DNA from: Selaginella moellendorffii | Taxonomy: Eukaryota > Plantae > Lycopodiophyta | NCBI RefSeq assembly: GCF_000143415.4 | Contig: NW_003314318.1 | Coordinates: forward strand, 62,001 to 126,000 | Reading direction: 5' to 3' | Length of the DNA stretch: 64,000 nucleotides | In this document: in pieces, positions 63,842 to 64,000 of the stretch | How positions within the stretch are numbered: position 1 is the first letter of the stretch | How the letters are laid out: each line of letters begins with the position of its first letter | Position numbers and translations under genes: made by a program | The notes under the pieces: model-generated | Databases searched by the model: none | Told to the model about the DNA's origin: nothing | The model's input: only the letters and a program-made list of their open reading frames with translations

Positions 63842-64000
63842 GTAATGCATTCTTTTGATCTTTTTAGTATGTTAATCATTTTCCACACTTATACTTTTTT
63901 CTAAATTTTTTAATTACTTTTTAATAATTTTAGATTTTTACATTTATTTTCAAAAAAAAACTAATTACAAAATTTTGAGGAGACAAAGTTGTAGATGCTA

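Larger units (their letters stand above)
15325..64000. repeat. Tandem segmental duplication: three units (second begins ~22.8 kb), fourth starting at the window end
   Basis: Collinear repeats: CYP at 18.2/25.4/41.9 kb; plastid-type gene at 20.1/27.2/43.4 kb; Cys-rich gene at 29.6/45.3 kb; AP-3 beta at 21.4/30.7/46.6 kb; LTR element at 33.4/49.9 kb. 63842-64000 repeats 41128-41285. Confidence 0.95.

Overview
Plant nuclear DNA with very compact genes and mostly ~50-100 nt introns, most like a lycophyte such as Selaginella (inference). The window has two halves. Bases 1-15.8 kb are an ordinary gene-dense block: hexokinase (runs off the left edge), PrmA-type L11 methyltransferase, SDH2, a class II trehalose-6-phosphate synthase with a candidate non-AUG uORF, a MACPF protein, a PLAC8 protein and an organellar-type rps17. 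From ~15.3 kb to the end lies a tandem segmental amplification: three decayed units plus the start of a fourth. The reconstructed cassette is rps17 / CYP71-clan P450 / conserved plastid-type CxxC-HxxC protein / secreted 8-Cys protein / AP-3 beta subunit. Two P450s and two secreted proteins are intact. The plastid-type gene is intact once, and AP-3 beta is never intact. The last two units share one ORF-less gypsy-derived LTR element (TSD GTAAT). In the last unit a related element has inserted in reverse orientation, giving a multi-kb inverted repeat. Smaller items: a solo LTR with TSD, a MITE-like element, a ~200 bp micro-inversion, a plastid ndhD scrap in unedited form and a 110-N gap. All calls are by eye; no searches were run.
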